From the NCBI GenBank assembly GCA_002840355.1, contig PHAL01000014.1, positions 8,518-72,517 of the forward strand: a stretch of 64,000 bases of DNA. Reading direction: 5' to 3'. Source of the stretch: Elusimicrobia bacterium HGW-Elusimicrobia-3 (GTDB taxonomy: Bacteria > Elusimicrobiota > Elusimicrobia > Elusimicrobiales > UBA9959). Below, in pieces: positions 18,654 through 27,459 of this stretch. The notes under the pieces are model-generated. The model saw only the letters and a program-made list of their open reading frames with translations, did not search any database and was not told the DNA's origin. Position numbers and translations under genes: made by a program. Positions within the stretch are counted from its first letter, which is position 1. The number at the start of each line of letters is the position of its first letter.

Positions 18654-19229
18654 ATGCCCATTGACGACTGCGGCGGGATCTCCCGCAAAATCTCCGCCTT
18701 CCTGGACGGAGAACTGGACGAAAAGGACAAGGAAGCCGTAAGGGCCCACCTGGAAGCCTGCGCCTCCTGCTCGGAGACTTTGCGGCGCTTCAAGGCCGCC
18801 GACGCCGGCCTGCGCGCCTTGCCGCCCGTAGAACCGTCTCCCTTTTTCGCCGCCAGGGTTGCCGCCGCGGCCCGCGCCCTCAACGAGTACCACGGCCCCT
18901 TCCGCCGTTTCGTGCTCTACCCGATACCGGCCGCCGCCGCGCTCACGGCCTTCATCATCTTCAATATCTTCACCTTTGCCTTCAACATCAACGCCCTGGA
19001 GAACGGCCCCAGGCGCGAGCTGGCCCGGAAAGTGGTGACGCAGCTGGCCAGGCCGGCGAGCTTGATAAACCCTGTGGCGGTAGCGCGCCTCTGCGGCGAC
19101 TGCTCCAGATACATGTGCCAATGCATGCATGAGGCCGGCAAGAAGAACATTTGCCCCTGCAAAGATTGTGAAATAGATAAGGCGGCGGGCGGGAATATAA
19201 ATACTGAGGGAGAACACAATGTCCACTAA
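18654..19229 (+). CDS. Anti-sigma factor: N-terminal zf-HC2, one TM segment, Cys-rich C-terminal domain
   Basis: zf-HC2 signature AHLEACASC (H-x3-C-x2-C). TM segment FVLYPIPAAAALTAFIIFNIFTFAF. C-terminal CGDCSRYMCQCMHEAGKKNICPCKDC, i.e. C-x2-C-x4-C-x-C-x9-C-x-C-x2-C. Confidence 0.75.
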   Translation: MPIDDCGGISRKISAFLDGELDEKDKEAVRAHLEACASCSETLRRFKAADAGLRALPPVEPSPFFAARVAAAARALNEYHGPFRRFVLYPIPAAAALTAFIIFNIFTFAFNINALENGPRRELARKVVTQLARPASLINPVAVARLCGDCSRYMCQCMHEAGKKNICPCKDCEIDKAAGGNINTEGEHNVH

Positions 19230-19473
19230 ACTGGCTGCGGCTGCGCTCGCGATGGGCCTGCTGTCTTTCGTGCACCTGTTCGGGGTGGAAAAGGCCGCCC
19301 TAGCCGTGGCTTTCGGCGTGATGGCGCTGCGGGACCCCGGAATAACGGCAAACGGGCGGCGGCTGGCCAAAGGGGCTATACTCGCCGGCATAGCCTACCT
19401 GCTGACGCTGGCCGCGGTGTTCCTCTACCACATGCCGGCCCTCAACAGCCTGGCCCATAAACTGGCGAACTGA
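19219..19473 (+). CDS. Small (84 aa) membrane protein, unknown function
   Basis: Two or three hydrophobic helices. The ATG overlaps the anti-sigma gene end by 11 nt. Confidence 0.45.
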   Translation: MSTKLAAAALAMGLLSFVHLFGVEKAALAVAFGVMALRDPGITANGRRLAKGAILAGIAYLLTLAAVFLYHMPALNSLAHKLAN

Positions 19474-19502
19474 GGCTTAATGACGCGGCAAAGAGCGGGC
19501 TT

Positions 19503-22500
19503 ATGATCAACAAAGCCATAAAATATTTCCTGGAGAACAAACTGGTCACCGTCCTGGTCCTGACCGGTCTTGTATCCTGGGGTATCGTTACCGCCCCTTT
19601 CGGCTGGCGGGTGGGCGCTCTGCCGTCGGACCCGGTGCCGGTGGACGCTATTCCGGATATCGGCGAGAATCAGCAGATAGTTTTCACCCAGTGGCCGGGG
19701 CGGTCCCCGCAGGATATCGAAGACCAGATCTCTTACCCGCTGACCACCTATTTACTGGGAGTCCCCGGAGTAAAGTCGATCAGGAGTTCGTCGATCTTCG
19801 GCTTCTCCAGCATTTTCATTATTTTCTCGGAGGACGTGGAATTCTACTGGTCGCGTTCGCGTATCCTCGAAAAGCTGAGTTCGGTGCCCCCGGACCTGCT
19901 ACCGGAAGGGGTCAAACCGGCCCTGGGACCGGACGCCACGGCGCTGGGACAGGTATACTGGTACACCCTGGAGGGGCGCGACAGGAACGGCGACCCCACC
20001 GGCGGCTGGGACCTGCACGAGATCCGCTCCGTTCAGGATTTTTACGTCAAGTACGGGCTGAACGCCACGGAGGGCGTGTCGGAGGTGGCGTCCATCGGCG
20101 GCTTCGTGCAGGAATACCAGGTGGACGTGAATCCCGACGCGCTGAAGGCGTACGATATCCCGCTGCACAAGGTCATGCAGGCGGTACAGAGATCGAACAG
20201 GGACGTGGGCGCCAAGACCATCGAGATCAATCAGGCCGAATACCTGGTAAGGGGCCTGGGTTATATCAAGAATGTTGGGGATATCGAGAAAGCGGTAGTA
20301 GCGGTCAGCCAGAACGTCCCGGTACGCATCAAGGACATCGGCGTCGTGACTTTAGGGCCGGCCACCCGCAGGGGCCTGCTGGATAAAGGAGGCGCGGAGG
20401 TGGTGGGCGGCGTAGTGGTAGCCCGCTACGGCGCCAATCCCCTGCAGGTCATCAACAATATCAAGGACAAGATCAAAGAGATCAGCCCCGGCCTGCCGAA
20501 AAAGACCATGGCCAACGGCGTGGAAAGCCAGCTGACGATAGTGCCTTTTTACGACCGCTCCGGGCTCATTTACGAAACACTGGGCACGCTGGAAGAAGCC
20601 CTGTCGCTGGAGATCCTGATCACCATTTTGGTGGTCATCGTAATGGTCTACAACCTGCGGGCTTCGTTCCTTATCTCGGCCCTGCTGCCTATCGCCGTGC
20701 TGATGGTCTTTATCGCCATGCGCTATTTCGGCGTCGACGCCAACATAGTGGCTCTGTCGGGCATCGCTATCGCTATCGGGACGATGGTGGACCTGGGGAT
20801 CATACTCTCCGAGAACATCATCAAACACCTCGACGAGGCTCCGCCCGGGCAGAAACTTATAGACACTATCTACAACGGAGCCGCCGAGGTAAGTTCGGCC
20901 ATCCTTACGGCGGTCTCCACCACGATAGTAAGTTTCATCCCCGTATTTACGATGCAGGCGGCGGAGGGGAAACTGTTCACCCCGTTGGCTTTCACCAAGA
21001 CTTTCGCCCTGACGGCCGCCCTTATCGTTTCGCTGTTCATCCTGCCCACCCTGGCGCATTGGTTCTTCGGCGCGAGGATAGAAAGCAAAAAGATACAGCG
21101 GTCGATTAATATCGCGCTGCTGCCGCTGGGCCTTGCCGCGCTCATCCTCGGTCAGACCTGGGCGGGGATGATGCTGCTGGCGTTCGGAGCCGCCGGACTG
21201 CTGAAAGAAAACGGCGGCTGGAGACCGCAAGGCATAGCGGGCCTGTACAAAGTCTTTGAAGTCTACGAACGGGTCGATCCCCGTCTGCGCCGGAAGCTGG
21301 AGCCGGCGGGGCGGTGGGCGCTCGCCCGAGCCGAAATACTCATTGTCCTCACCGGCGTGCTCTGGCTGCTGGCAAAGTACTGGCTGCCGCTGGGCGCCGG
21401 CAAAAGCCTGATGCTCAACATGGTATTCGTAGCCCTGCTGGTGGGAACTATCCTGGGGGGATTCACGCTGCTGGAGCGCTTCTACAAACCCATTCTGACC
21501 TGGTGCCTGGAACATAAGGCCAGGTTCCTTCTGCTGCCGTCGCTTCTGATCTTCTTCGGCGCGCTGACCTGGCTTGGGTTCAACTCCTTTTTCGGTTTAG
21601 TCGCCAAAGGGCTCGATATAACAAGCTTGAACGTCCGAAATACCGGCCTTTGGTCCGGCCTGAGCCGCGCCTTCCCCGGCATCGGCAAGGAGTTCATGCC
21701 TTCGCTTAACGAGGGCAGCTTCCTGCTGATGCCCACGTCCATGCCGCATTCCGGCATCGAATACAACCGGCGGGTGCTGGGGCAGCTGGACATGCTGCTG
21801 ACCAATATCCCGGAGGTGGAGCTCGCCGTGGGAAAACTGGGGAGGGTGGAGTCCGCGCTGGACCCCGCGCCTATCTCCATGTACGAGAATATCATCAATT
21901 ACCGGCCGCAATACATGCTGGATGAAAAGGGACACCGCGCCAGGTTCAAAACGGACCGGAAAAACCGTTATATCCTCGCCTCCGGCGAGGCGGTTACCAA
22001 CGAGGAGGCCCTCAAGCGGGGCGTCACCGCCAGCGAACTGGTGCCGGCGGCCAACGGCGACTATTTCCGCAACTGGCGCCCGCACATCAAATCGCCCGAC
22101 GATATCTGGGAGGAAATAGTGCGGGTAAGCAGGATCCCGGGCGTTACCTCCGCGCCGAAACTGCAGCCTATCGAGACCCGGCTGGTAATGCTCCAGACCG
22201 GCATGCGCGCGCCCATGGGGATAAAAGTGTACGGGCCCGACCTCAAGACCATAGAGGGTTTCGGGCTGCGGCTGGAAGAAATACTCAAGCAGGTACCCTC
22301 GGTAAAGGCCGAGGCCGTTTTCGCCGACCGGATAGTGGGAAAACCGTACCTGCACCTCAATATCGACCGCTCGGAGATCTCGCGCTACGGTCTGAGCGTG
22401 GAGGACGTGCAGCAGACCATAGAGACGGCCGTAGGCGGCATGCAGATAACCTCCACCGTCGAAGGCCGTGAGCGGTTCCCGGTCAGGGTGCGCTACCCGC

Positions 22501-23390
22501 GTGAACTGCGCGGCGACCCGGCCTCGATAGCGAAGATACTGATGCCGACACCGACCGGCGCGCAGATACCCCTCGGCCAGGTGGTGGATTTCGAATACCT
22601 GCGCGGCCCCCAGGCGATCAAGAGCGAAGACACCTTCCTGGTAGGCTACGTCCTGTTCGACAAAAGGAGCGGTTTTTCTGAAGTGAGCGTGGTCAACGAC
22701 GCGCAGAAGACCATAGAGGACAGGATCGCTTCCGGAGATTTGAGCGTTCCGGCCGGGATAAGCTACAAGTTCTCGGGCAGCTACGAGAACCAGGTGCGGG
22801 CGGAGAAACGCCTCTCCATCATCGTTCCGCTGGTCCTGGCGGTCATCTTTCTCATCCTCTACTTCCAGTTCCGTTCGGTCACCACTTCCCTGATGGTGTT
22901 CTCCGGTGTCGCCATGGCGTTCAGCGGCGGCTTCCTGATGCTGTGGCTCTACGGCCAGGGCTGGTTCGCTGATTTCTCCGTCTTCGGCGCCAACATGCGG
23001 ACGCTGTTCCAGATGCACACCGTCAACCTGAGCGTAGCGGTCTGGGTCGGTTTTATAGCGCTGTTCGGCATCGCCACCGACGATGGCGTGCTGATAGCCA
23101 CCTACCTGGACCAGAGCTTTGAACGCAACAAGCCCGGCAATGTAAAAGAAGTCAGGCAAGCCGTCGTAGAAGCAGGGCAGCGAAGGATAAGACCGGCGCT
23201 GATGACGGTCGCCACCACCATGATCGCCCTGCTGCCCGTGCTGACCTCCACCGGGCGGGGGGCGGACGTGATGGTGCCCATGGCCATCCCGTCGTTCGGC
23301 GGCATGGCCTTCGCCCTGGTGAGTATTTTCATCGTCCCGGTACTCTATTGCCTGAGGGAAGAGCGAAAGCTGGGTAGGAGCCGATCATGA
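19503..23390 (+). CDS. Heavy-metal efflux RND transporter, CusA/CzcA (HME) family, long form (1295 aa)
   Basis: N-terminus MINKAIKYFLENKLVTVLVL..., FTQWPGRSPQDIEDQISYPLT, and EYQVDVNPDALKAYDIPLHKVMQAVQRSNRDVG resemble CusA/CzcA. The C-terminal half has ATDDGVL and PALMTVATTMIALLPVL. It is about 250 aa longer than the roughly 1040-aa E. coli-type proteins. Confidence 0.9.
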   Translation: MINKAIKYFLENKLVTVLVLTGLVSWGIVTAPFGWRVGALPSDPVPVDAIPDIGENQQIVFTQWPGRSPQDIEDQISYPLTTYLLGVPGVKSIRSSSIFGFSSIFIIFSEDVEFYWSRSRILEKLSSVPPDLLPEGVKPALGPDATALGQVYWYTLEGRDRNGDPTGGWDLHEIRSVQDFYVKYGLNATEGVSEVASIGGFVQEYQVDVNPDALKAYDIPLHKVMQAVQRSNRDVGAKTIEINQAEYLVRGLGYIKNVGDIEKAVVAVSQNVPVRIKDIGVVTLGPATRRGLLDKGGAEVVGGVVVARYGANPLQVINNIKDKIKEISPGLPKKTMANGVESQLTIVPFYDRSGLIYETLGTLEEALSLEILITILVVIVMVYNLRASFLISALLPIAVLMVFIAMRYFGVDANIVALSGIAIAIGTMVDLGIILSENIIKHLDEAPPGQKLIDTIYNGAAEVSSAILTAVSTTIVSFIPVFTMQAAEGKLFTPLAFTKTFALTAALIVSLFILPTLAHWFFGARIESKKIQRSINIALLPLGLAALILGQTWAGMMLLAFGAAGLLKENGGWRPQGIAGLYKVFEVYERVDPRLRRKLEPAGRWALARAEILIVLTGVLWLLAKYWLPLGAGKSLMLNMVFVALLVGTILGGFTLLERFYKPILTWCLEHKARFLLLPSLLIFFGALTWLGFNSFFGLVAKGLDITSLNVRNTGLWSGLSRAFPGIGKEFMPSLNEGSFLLMPTSMPHSGIEYNRRVLGQLDMLLTNIPEVELAVGKLGRVESALDPAPISMYENIINYRPQYMLDEKGHRARFKTDRKNRYILASGEAVTNEEALKRGVTASELVPAANGDYFRNWRPHIKSPDDIWEEIVRVSRIPGVTSAPKLQPIETRLVMLQTGMRAPMGIKVYGPDLKTIEGFGLRLEEILKQVPSVKAEAVFADRIVGKPYLHLNIDRSEISRYGLSVEDVQQTIETAVGGMQITSTVEGRERFPVRVRYPRELRGDPASIAKILMPTPTGAQIPLGQVVDFEYLRGPQAIKSEDTFLVGYVLFDKRSGFSEVSVVNDAQKTIEDRIASGDLSVPAGISYKFSGSYENQVRAEKRLSIIVPLVLAVIFLILYFQFRSVTTSLMVFSGVAMAFSGGFLMLWLYGQGWFADFSVFGANMRTLFQMHTVNLSVAVWVGFIALFGIATDDGVLIATYLDQSFERNKPGNVKEVRQAVVEAGQRRIRPALMTVATTMIALLPVLTSTGRGADVMVPMAIPSFGGMAFALVSIFIVPVLYCLREERKLGRSRS

Positions 23391-24622
23391 GACTTATCAT
23401 AAGACCCCTTCTTGTCCTGGTCCTGGGGCTGTCGGCCGGACACGCCCAGGTGCCCGCCGAGTATCTAGAGGCGGCGGCGAAGAACAACCCGGGCCTCCAG
23501 GCCAAATATAAGGACTTCGAAGCGGCGCTTCAGAAGACGCCCCAGGTGCGCGCCCTCCCCGACCCGGTCCTGTCCTTCGGCTATTTCGTTTCCCCGGTGG
23601 AAACCCGCCTGGGACCGCAACGGGCCAGATTTTCTCTTACCCAGATGTTCCCCTGGTTCGGGACGCTTAAGGCGCAGGGCAATGCCGCCGCTTTGCTGGC
23701 GGAAGCCAAACACCAGGCTTTCCTGGACGCGCGCAACAAGTTGTACTACCAGGTCGCCGCGGCTTACTATTCGCTGTACGAACTGCACAGGTGGAAACAG
23801 ATAGAACAGAAGAACGTGGATATCCTGCGATCCTACAAGGCCATCGCCAACTCCAAATTCAAGAGCGGGGCGAGCCCCATGGTGGACGTGCTGCGGGTGG
23901 ACATCATGCTCAAGGACGCGGTCACGGAGCTCAGTATACTCGGCCTGAGGGAGAAACCGCTGCTGTCGGCGTTCAACAAACTGCTGGACCGGGACGCAGC
24001 CGCGGCGGTGGAGATAAACGATTCCCTGGACGAAAGAACCGCTCCGGAGAGCTTGCCGAAGGACTTGCTGCTGGCGCAGAACCCCCTGCTGAAAGAACTG
24101 GAAGCGAAGGAAAAGGCCGCCGAGTCGTCCCTGCTCTCCGCCCGCAGGCAAGGGTACCCGAAACTGGGCCTGGGGCTGGATTACGTGGCGGTAGGCAAGC
24201 GGACGGATATGGACCTGCCCGACAATGGAAAGGATATCCTGATGCCCATGGTTTCCATAAGCCTCCCGCTATTCCGGGGCAAGTACAGAGCTTCGGTCAA
24301 TGAAGCGCGATTGATGCGCGAGACCTATGCCCTGCAGAAAAAGGAATACGCCAATTCACTGGAATCCGGCTATGAACTGGCCTGGTTCGAGCTGCAGCGC
24401 CAGTTGGAACTTCTCCGGCTGCACACCCTGCAGAGCCAGGAGACGGACCAGGCGCTCAATCTCCTGTTCTCCGCTTACGGCAATTCGGGCAGGGAGTTCG
24501 AGGAAGTGCTGCGCATGCAGCAGCTGCTCCTGAAGCATGAAAAGATGAAAGCCGCCGCCGAAGCCGGCTACCGGACGGCTTTAGCCAGGCTCGATTACCT
24601 GGCCGCGAGGACACTAAAATGA
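23387..24622 (+). CDS. TolC-like outer-membrane efflux protein (OEP family)
   Basis: Signal peptide MRLIIRPLLVLVLGLSAGHA. Two coiled-coil-rich OEP repeats. ATGA overlap with the RND gene. Confidence 0.8.
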   Translation: MRLIIRPLLVLVLGLSAGHAQVPAEYLEAAAKNNPGLQAKYKDFEAALQKTPQVRALPDPVLSFGYFVSPVETRLGPQRARFSLTQMFPWFGTLKAQGNAAALLAEAKHQAFLDARNKLYYQVAAAYYSLYELHRWKQIEQKNVDILRSYKAIANSKFKSGASPMVDVLRVDIMLKDAVTELSILGLREKPLLSAFNKLLDRDAAAAVEINDSLDERTAPESLPKDLLLAQNPLLKELEAKEKAAESSLLSARRQGYPKLGLGLDYVAVGKRTDMDLPDNGKDILMPMVSISLPLFRGKYRASVNEARLMRETYALQKKEYANSLESGYELAWFELQRQLELLRLHTLQSQETDQALNLLFSAYGNSGREFEEVLRMQQLLLKHEKMKAAAEAGYRTALARLDYLAARTLK

Positions 24623-26403
24623 AACTGACCATTAAGAAGATAAGCGCGATCGCGGCCGCCCTGGCGGCGAGCCTGCTGCTGGGCTGGCTGATCTTCGGAC
24701 GCTCGGGCGATAAAATGCCCGACGAGCACCGGCACGGGGAGGAGCTGGCCGTGGAGACCATCTGGACCTGCTCCATGCACCCGCAGATCCGCAGGAACGA
24801 ACCCGGTGACTGCCCTATCTGCGGCATGGACCTTATCCCGCTGGAAAAAGACGGGGATAGCGGGACGGACCCCATGGCGGTCAGCATGTCTCCCGCCGCC
24901 ATGCAGCTGGCTGACGTCGAGACCGCTCTGGCGGGGACCACGGCGCCCGTAAAATCGGTACGGCTGAACGGCAAGGTGCAGGCGGACGAGCGCCGCGTAT
25001 ACTCCCAGTCCTCGCATATCCCGGGCAGGGTGGAAAGGTTGATGGTCAACTTCACCGGCGAGTTCATAACCAAGGGGCAGGTGATAGCGTCGGTATACTC
25101 TCCCGACCTCGTCGCCGCCCAGGAAGAACTGTTCGAGGCCAGGAAGATCAAGGACACCCAGCCGGAACTCTTCGCGGCCTCGAAGGAGAAACTGAAGAAC
25201 TGGAAATTCTCCGACGACCAGATAGAGCAAATGCTGCAGGCGGGAACCTCCACTGACGTATTCGAGATTCACGCCGACATTTCGGGGTATGTCACGCAGA
25301 AGAAAGTGAACCCCGGCGATTATGTCCGCAAAGGGCAGGCGATCTACGAGATCGCCGACCTGTCCACGGTATGGGTGCTCTTCGACGTCTACGAGTCGGA
25401 CCTGGCCTGGATCAAAAAGGGAAACAGGATAACCTTTACCATCGCCTCCCTGCCGGGTGAGACGTTCAGGGGGACCGTTTCATACCTCGACCCGGTGCTG
25501 GACCCTAAAACGCGGGTGGCCAAGGCCCGGGTGGAGGCGGTTAACAGCGGGTTCAAGCTCAAGCCGGAAATGTTCGCCTCGGGCACGGCGGCGGCCACCC
25601 TGCCCGGGAAGTCCACAAGGCTGGTCGTCCCCAAGACCGCCGTGATGTGGACAGGGAAGCGTTCGGTGGTCTACGTGAAAAGCAGCTCGGAAAAGGGCGT
25701 CAGTTTTGTGATGCGCGAGGTAACCCTGGGCCCCGCGCTGGGAGAGACTTTCGTCATAGAAAAAGGCCTGCGCAAGGGCGAGGAAATAGCGGTGAACGGG
25801 ACTTTCAGCATCGACGCGGCCGCCCAGCTGGCCGGCAAGCCCAGCATGATGAACCAGGCCGGCGGCCCCGCCATGACGGGCCATAAACATGGCGGCACGC
25901 CTGCACCGGCCACGTCGGACACCGCTTCGCGGGCGGCGATCAAGCCGGCGGCCGCCAGCAGGAAAGCCAGGCAAGCCTTGCAGCCCCTTTATACCGAGTA
26001 CCTGAACTTCAAGGATGCCCTGGCGGCCGATGATCTGGCGGCGGCGCAGAACGCGGCGGGGAAGATGCAAGCGGCGCTGGCGAAAATCAATATGTCCGTA
26101 TTTACCGGCGAATCGCACAATGCCTGGATGAAGTACAGCGGCGCCCTGACCAATGCCCTGCAGCATGTGCCGCACTACAAGACAATGGAGGAAGTGCGAA
26201 AGGCTTTTCAGGAAACGTCCGGAGCGATGATCGGCCTGACCAGGGCGTTCAACCCTTACGGCAAGACCCTGTACCGGCAATATTGTCCGATGGCTGACGG
26301 GAACAAAGGCGCGGACTGGCTCAGCCTGGACAAAGAGATAAAGAACCCGTATTTCGGCGCGGCCATGCCGAGCTGCGGGGAAACAAAAGAAACTTATAAA
26401 TAA
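24619..26403 (+). CDS. RND periplasmic adaptor (CusB/MFP-like) with an N-terminal heavy-metal-binding domain and a C-terminal DUF3347-like domain
   Basis: HMBD motif TCSMHPQIRRNEPGDCPICGMDL. Barrel-sandwich/beta-barrel MFP core (..GRVERLMVNFTGEFITKGQVIASVYSPDL..). Helical tail ..LQPLYTEYLNFKDALAADDLAAAQ.. ending YRQYCPMADGNKGADWL. ATGA overlap with the OMF gene. Confidence 0.85.
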   Translation: MKLTIKKISAIAAALAASLLLGWLIFGRSGDKMPDEHRHGEELAVETIWTCSMHPQIRRNEPGDCPICGMDLIPLEKDGDSGTDPMAVSMSPAAMQLADVETALAGTTAPVKSVRLNGKVQADERRVYSQSSHIPGRVERLMVNFTGEFITKGQVIASVYSPDLVAAQEELFEARKIKDTQPELFAASKEKLKNWKFSDDQIEQMLQAGTSTDVFEIHADISGYVTQKKVNPGDYVRKGQAIYEIADLSTVWVLFDVYESDLAWIKKGNRITFTIASLPGETFRGTVSYLDPVLDPKTRVAKARVEAVNSGFKLKPEMFASGTAAATLPGKSTRLVVPKTAVMWTGKRSVVYVKSSSEKGVSFVMREVTLGPALGETFVIEKGLRKGEEIAVNGTFSIDAAAQLAGKPSMMNQAGGPAMTGHKHGGTPAPATSDTASRAAIKPAAASRKARQALQPLYTEYLNFKDALAADDLAAAQNAAGKMQAALAKINMSVFTGESHNAWMKYSGALTNALQHVPHYKTMEEVRKAFQETSGAMIGLTRAFNPYGKTLYRQYCPMADGNKGADWLSLDKEIKNPYFGAAMPSCGETKETYK

Positions 26404-26455
26404 ACGATAGGACAGGCAGCGCGGAAAAGACACTTTCTTTTTTGGGAGAACATCT

Positions 26456-27445
26456 ATGCAAAAAGCGGACACTGTGCTTGACCTCATCGGGAATACGCCG
26501 CTGCTGAAGGTGCGGAAGCTGGACACCGGCAGATGCGAACTATTTTTAAAACTTGAGAACCAGAACCCCGGCGGCTCTATCAAGGACCGCATCGCCCTTT
26601 CCATGATCACCGCCGCCGAGAGGGAGGGAAAACTGCGTCCCGGCTCCACGCTGGTCGAGGCCACGGCCGGCAACACCGGGCTGGGACTGGCGCTGGTGGC
26701 CGCGCAGAAGGGCTATAAGCTGGCCCTCGTCATCCCGGACAAGATGAGCCAGGAAAAGATCTCCCACCTGCGGGCCTTGGGCGCGCGGATAGTGATCACC
26801 CGCTCCGACGTGGAGAAGGGCCACCCGGAGTATTACCAGGAGATGGCGGAACGTATCGCGAAGGAAACCCCCGGCGGTTTTTACATAAACCAGTTCGGCA
26901 ATCCCGCCAATCCCGAGGCCCATGAAAAGACCACCGGTCCGGAGATCTGGGAGCAGATGGAACACAAGGTGGACGCCGTCGTCTGCGGCGTGGGCTCCGG
27001 AGGCACCGTGACCGGGCTTTCCCGTTATTTCGCGCGCGTCTCCGCGGAGACGGAATTTATCCTGGCCGACCCGGCTGGCTCGGTGCTGGCCGGCTACGTC
27101 AAGGACAGGACGCTGGGCAAGGCCGGCTCCTGGTTCGTGGAAGGCATAGGCGAGGACTTCGTCCCGTCCATCGCGGACCTGTCGCGCGTAACCAAGGCTT
27201 ACACCATAGGCGACGCGGAAAGTTTCGCCGCGGCCCGCGAACTGCTGCGGGCCGAAGGCGTGCTGGCGGGGTCATCCTCCGGCACCCTGCTGGCCGCCGC
27301 GCTCCGTTATTGCCGGGAGAGCGCCGCGCCAAAACGCGTAGTCACCATCGTAGCCGACAGCGGCAACAAATACCTGTCTAAAATGTTCAACGACAACTGG
27401 CTGGCCGATCACGGTTTCGGTTCGATAATCCGGGCGGACCGCTGA
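26456..27445 (+). CDS. PLP-dependent cysteine synthase/cystathionine beta-synthase family enzyme (no CBS-pair domain)
   Basis: GNTPLLKV...LFLKLENQNPGGSIKDRIALSMI (PLP lysine context), TAGNTGLGLALVAA, GVGSGGTVTG. 329 aa. Confidence 0.85.
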   Translation: MQKADTVLDLIGNTPLLKVRKLDTGRCELFLKLENQNPGGSIKDRIALSMITAAEREGKLRPGSTLVEATAGNTGLGLALVAAQKGYKLALVIPDKMSQEKISHLRALGARIVITRSDVEKGHPEYYQEMAERIAKETPGGFYINQFGNPANPEAHEKTTGPEIWEQMEHKVDAVVCGVGSGGTVTGLSRYFARVSAETEFILADPAGSVLAGYVKDRTLGKAGSWFVEGIGEDFVPSIADLSRVTKAYTIGDAESFAAARELLRAEGVLAGSSSGTLLAAALRYCRESAAPKRVVTIVADSGNKYLSKMFNDNWLADHGFGSIIRADR

Positions 27446-27459
27446 ACAGAAGGGAGAAG

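Noticed and set aside
26403-26456. A SAM or other sulfur-metabolism riboswitch ahead of the CBS/CGL pair.
   Set aside because: The gap is only 52 nt and has no significant secondary structure, which is too short for any known riboswitch class.
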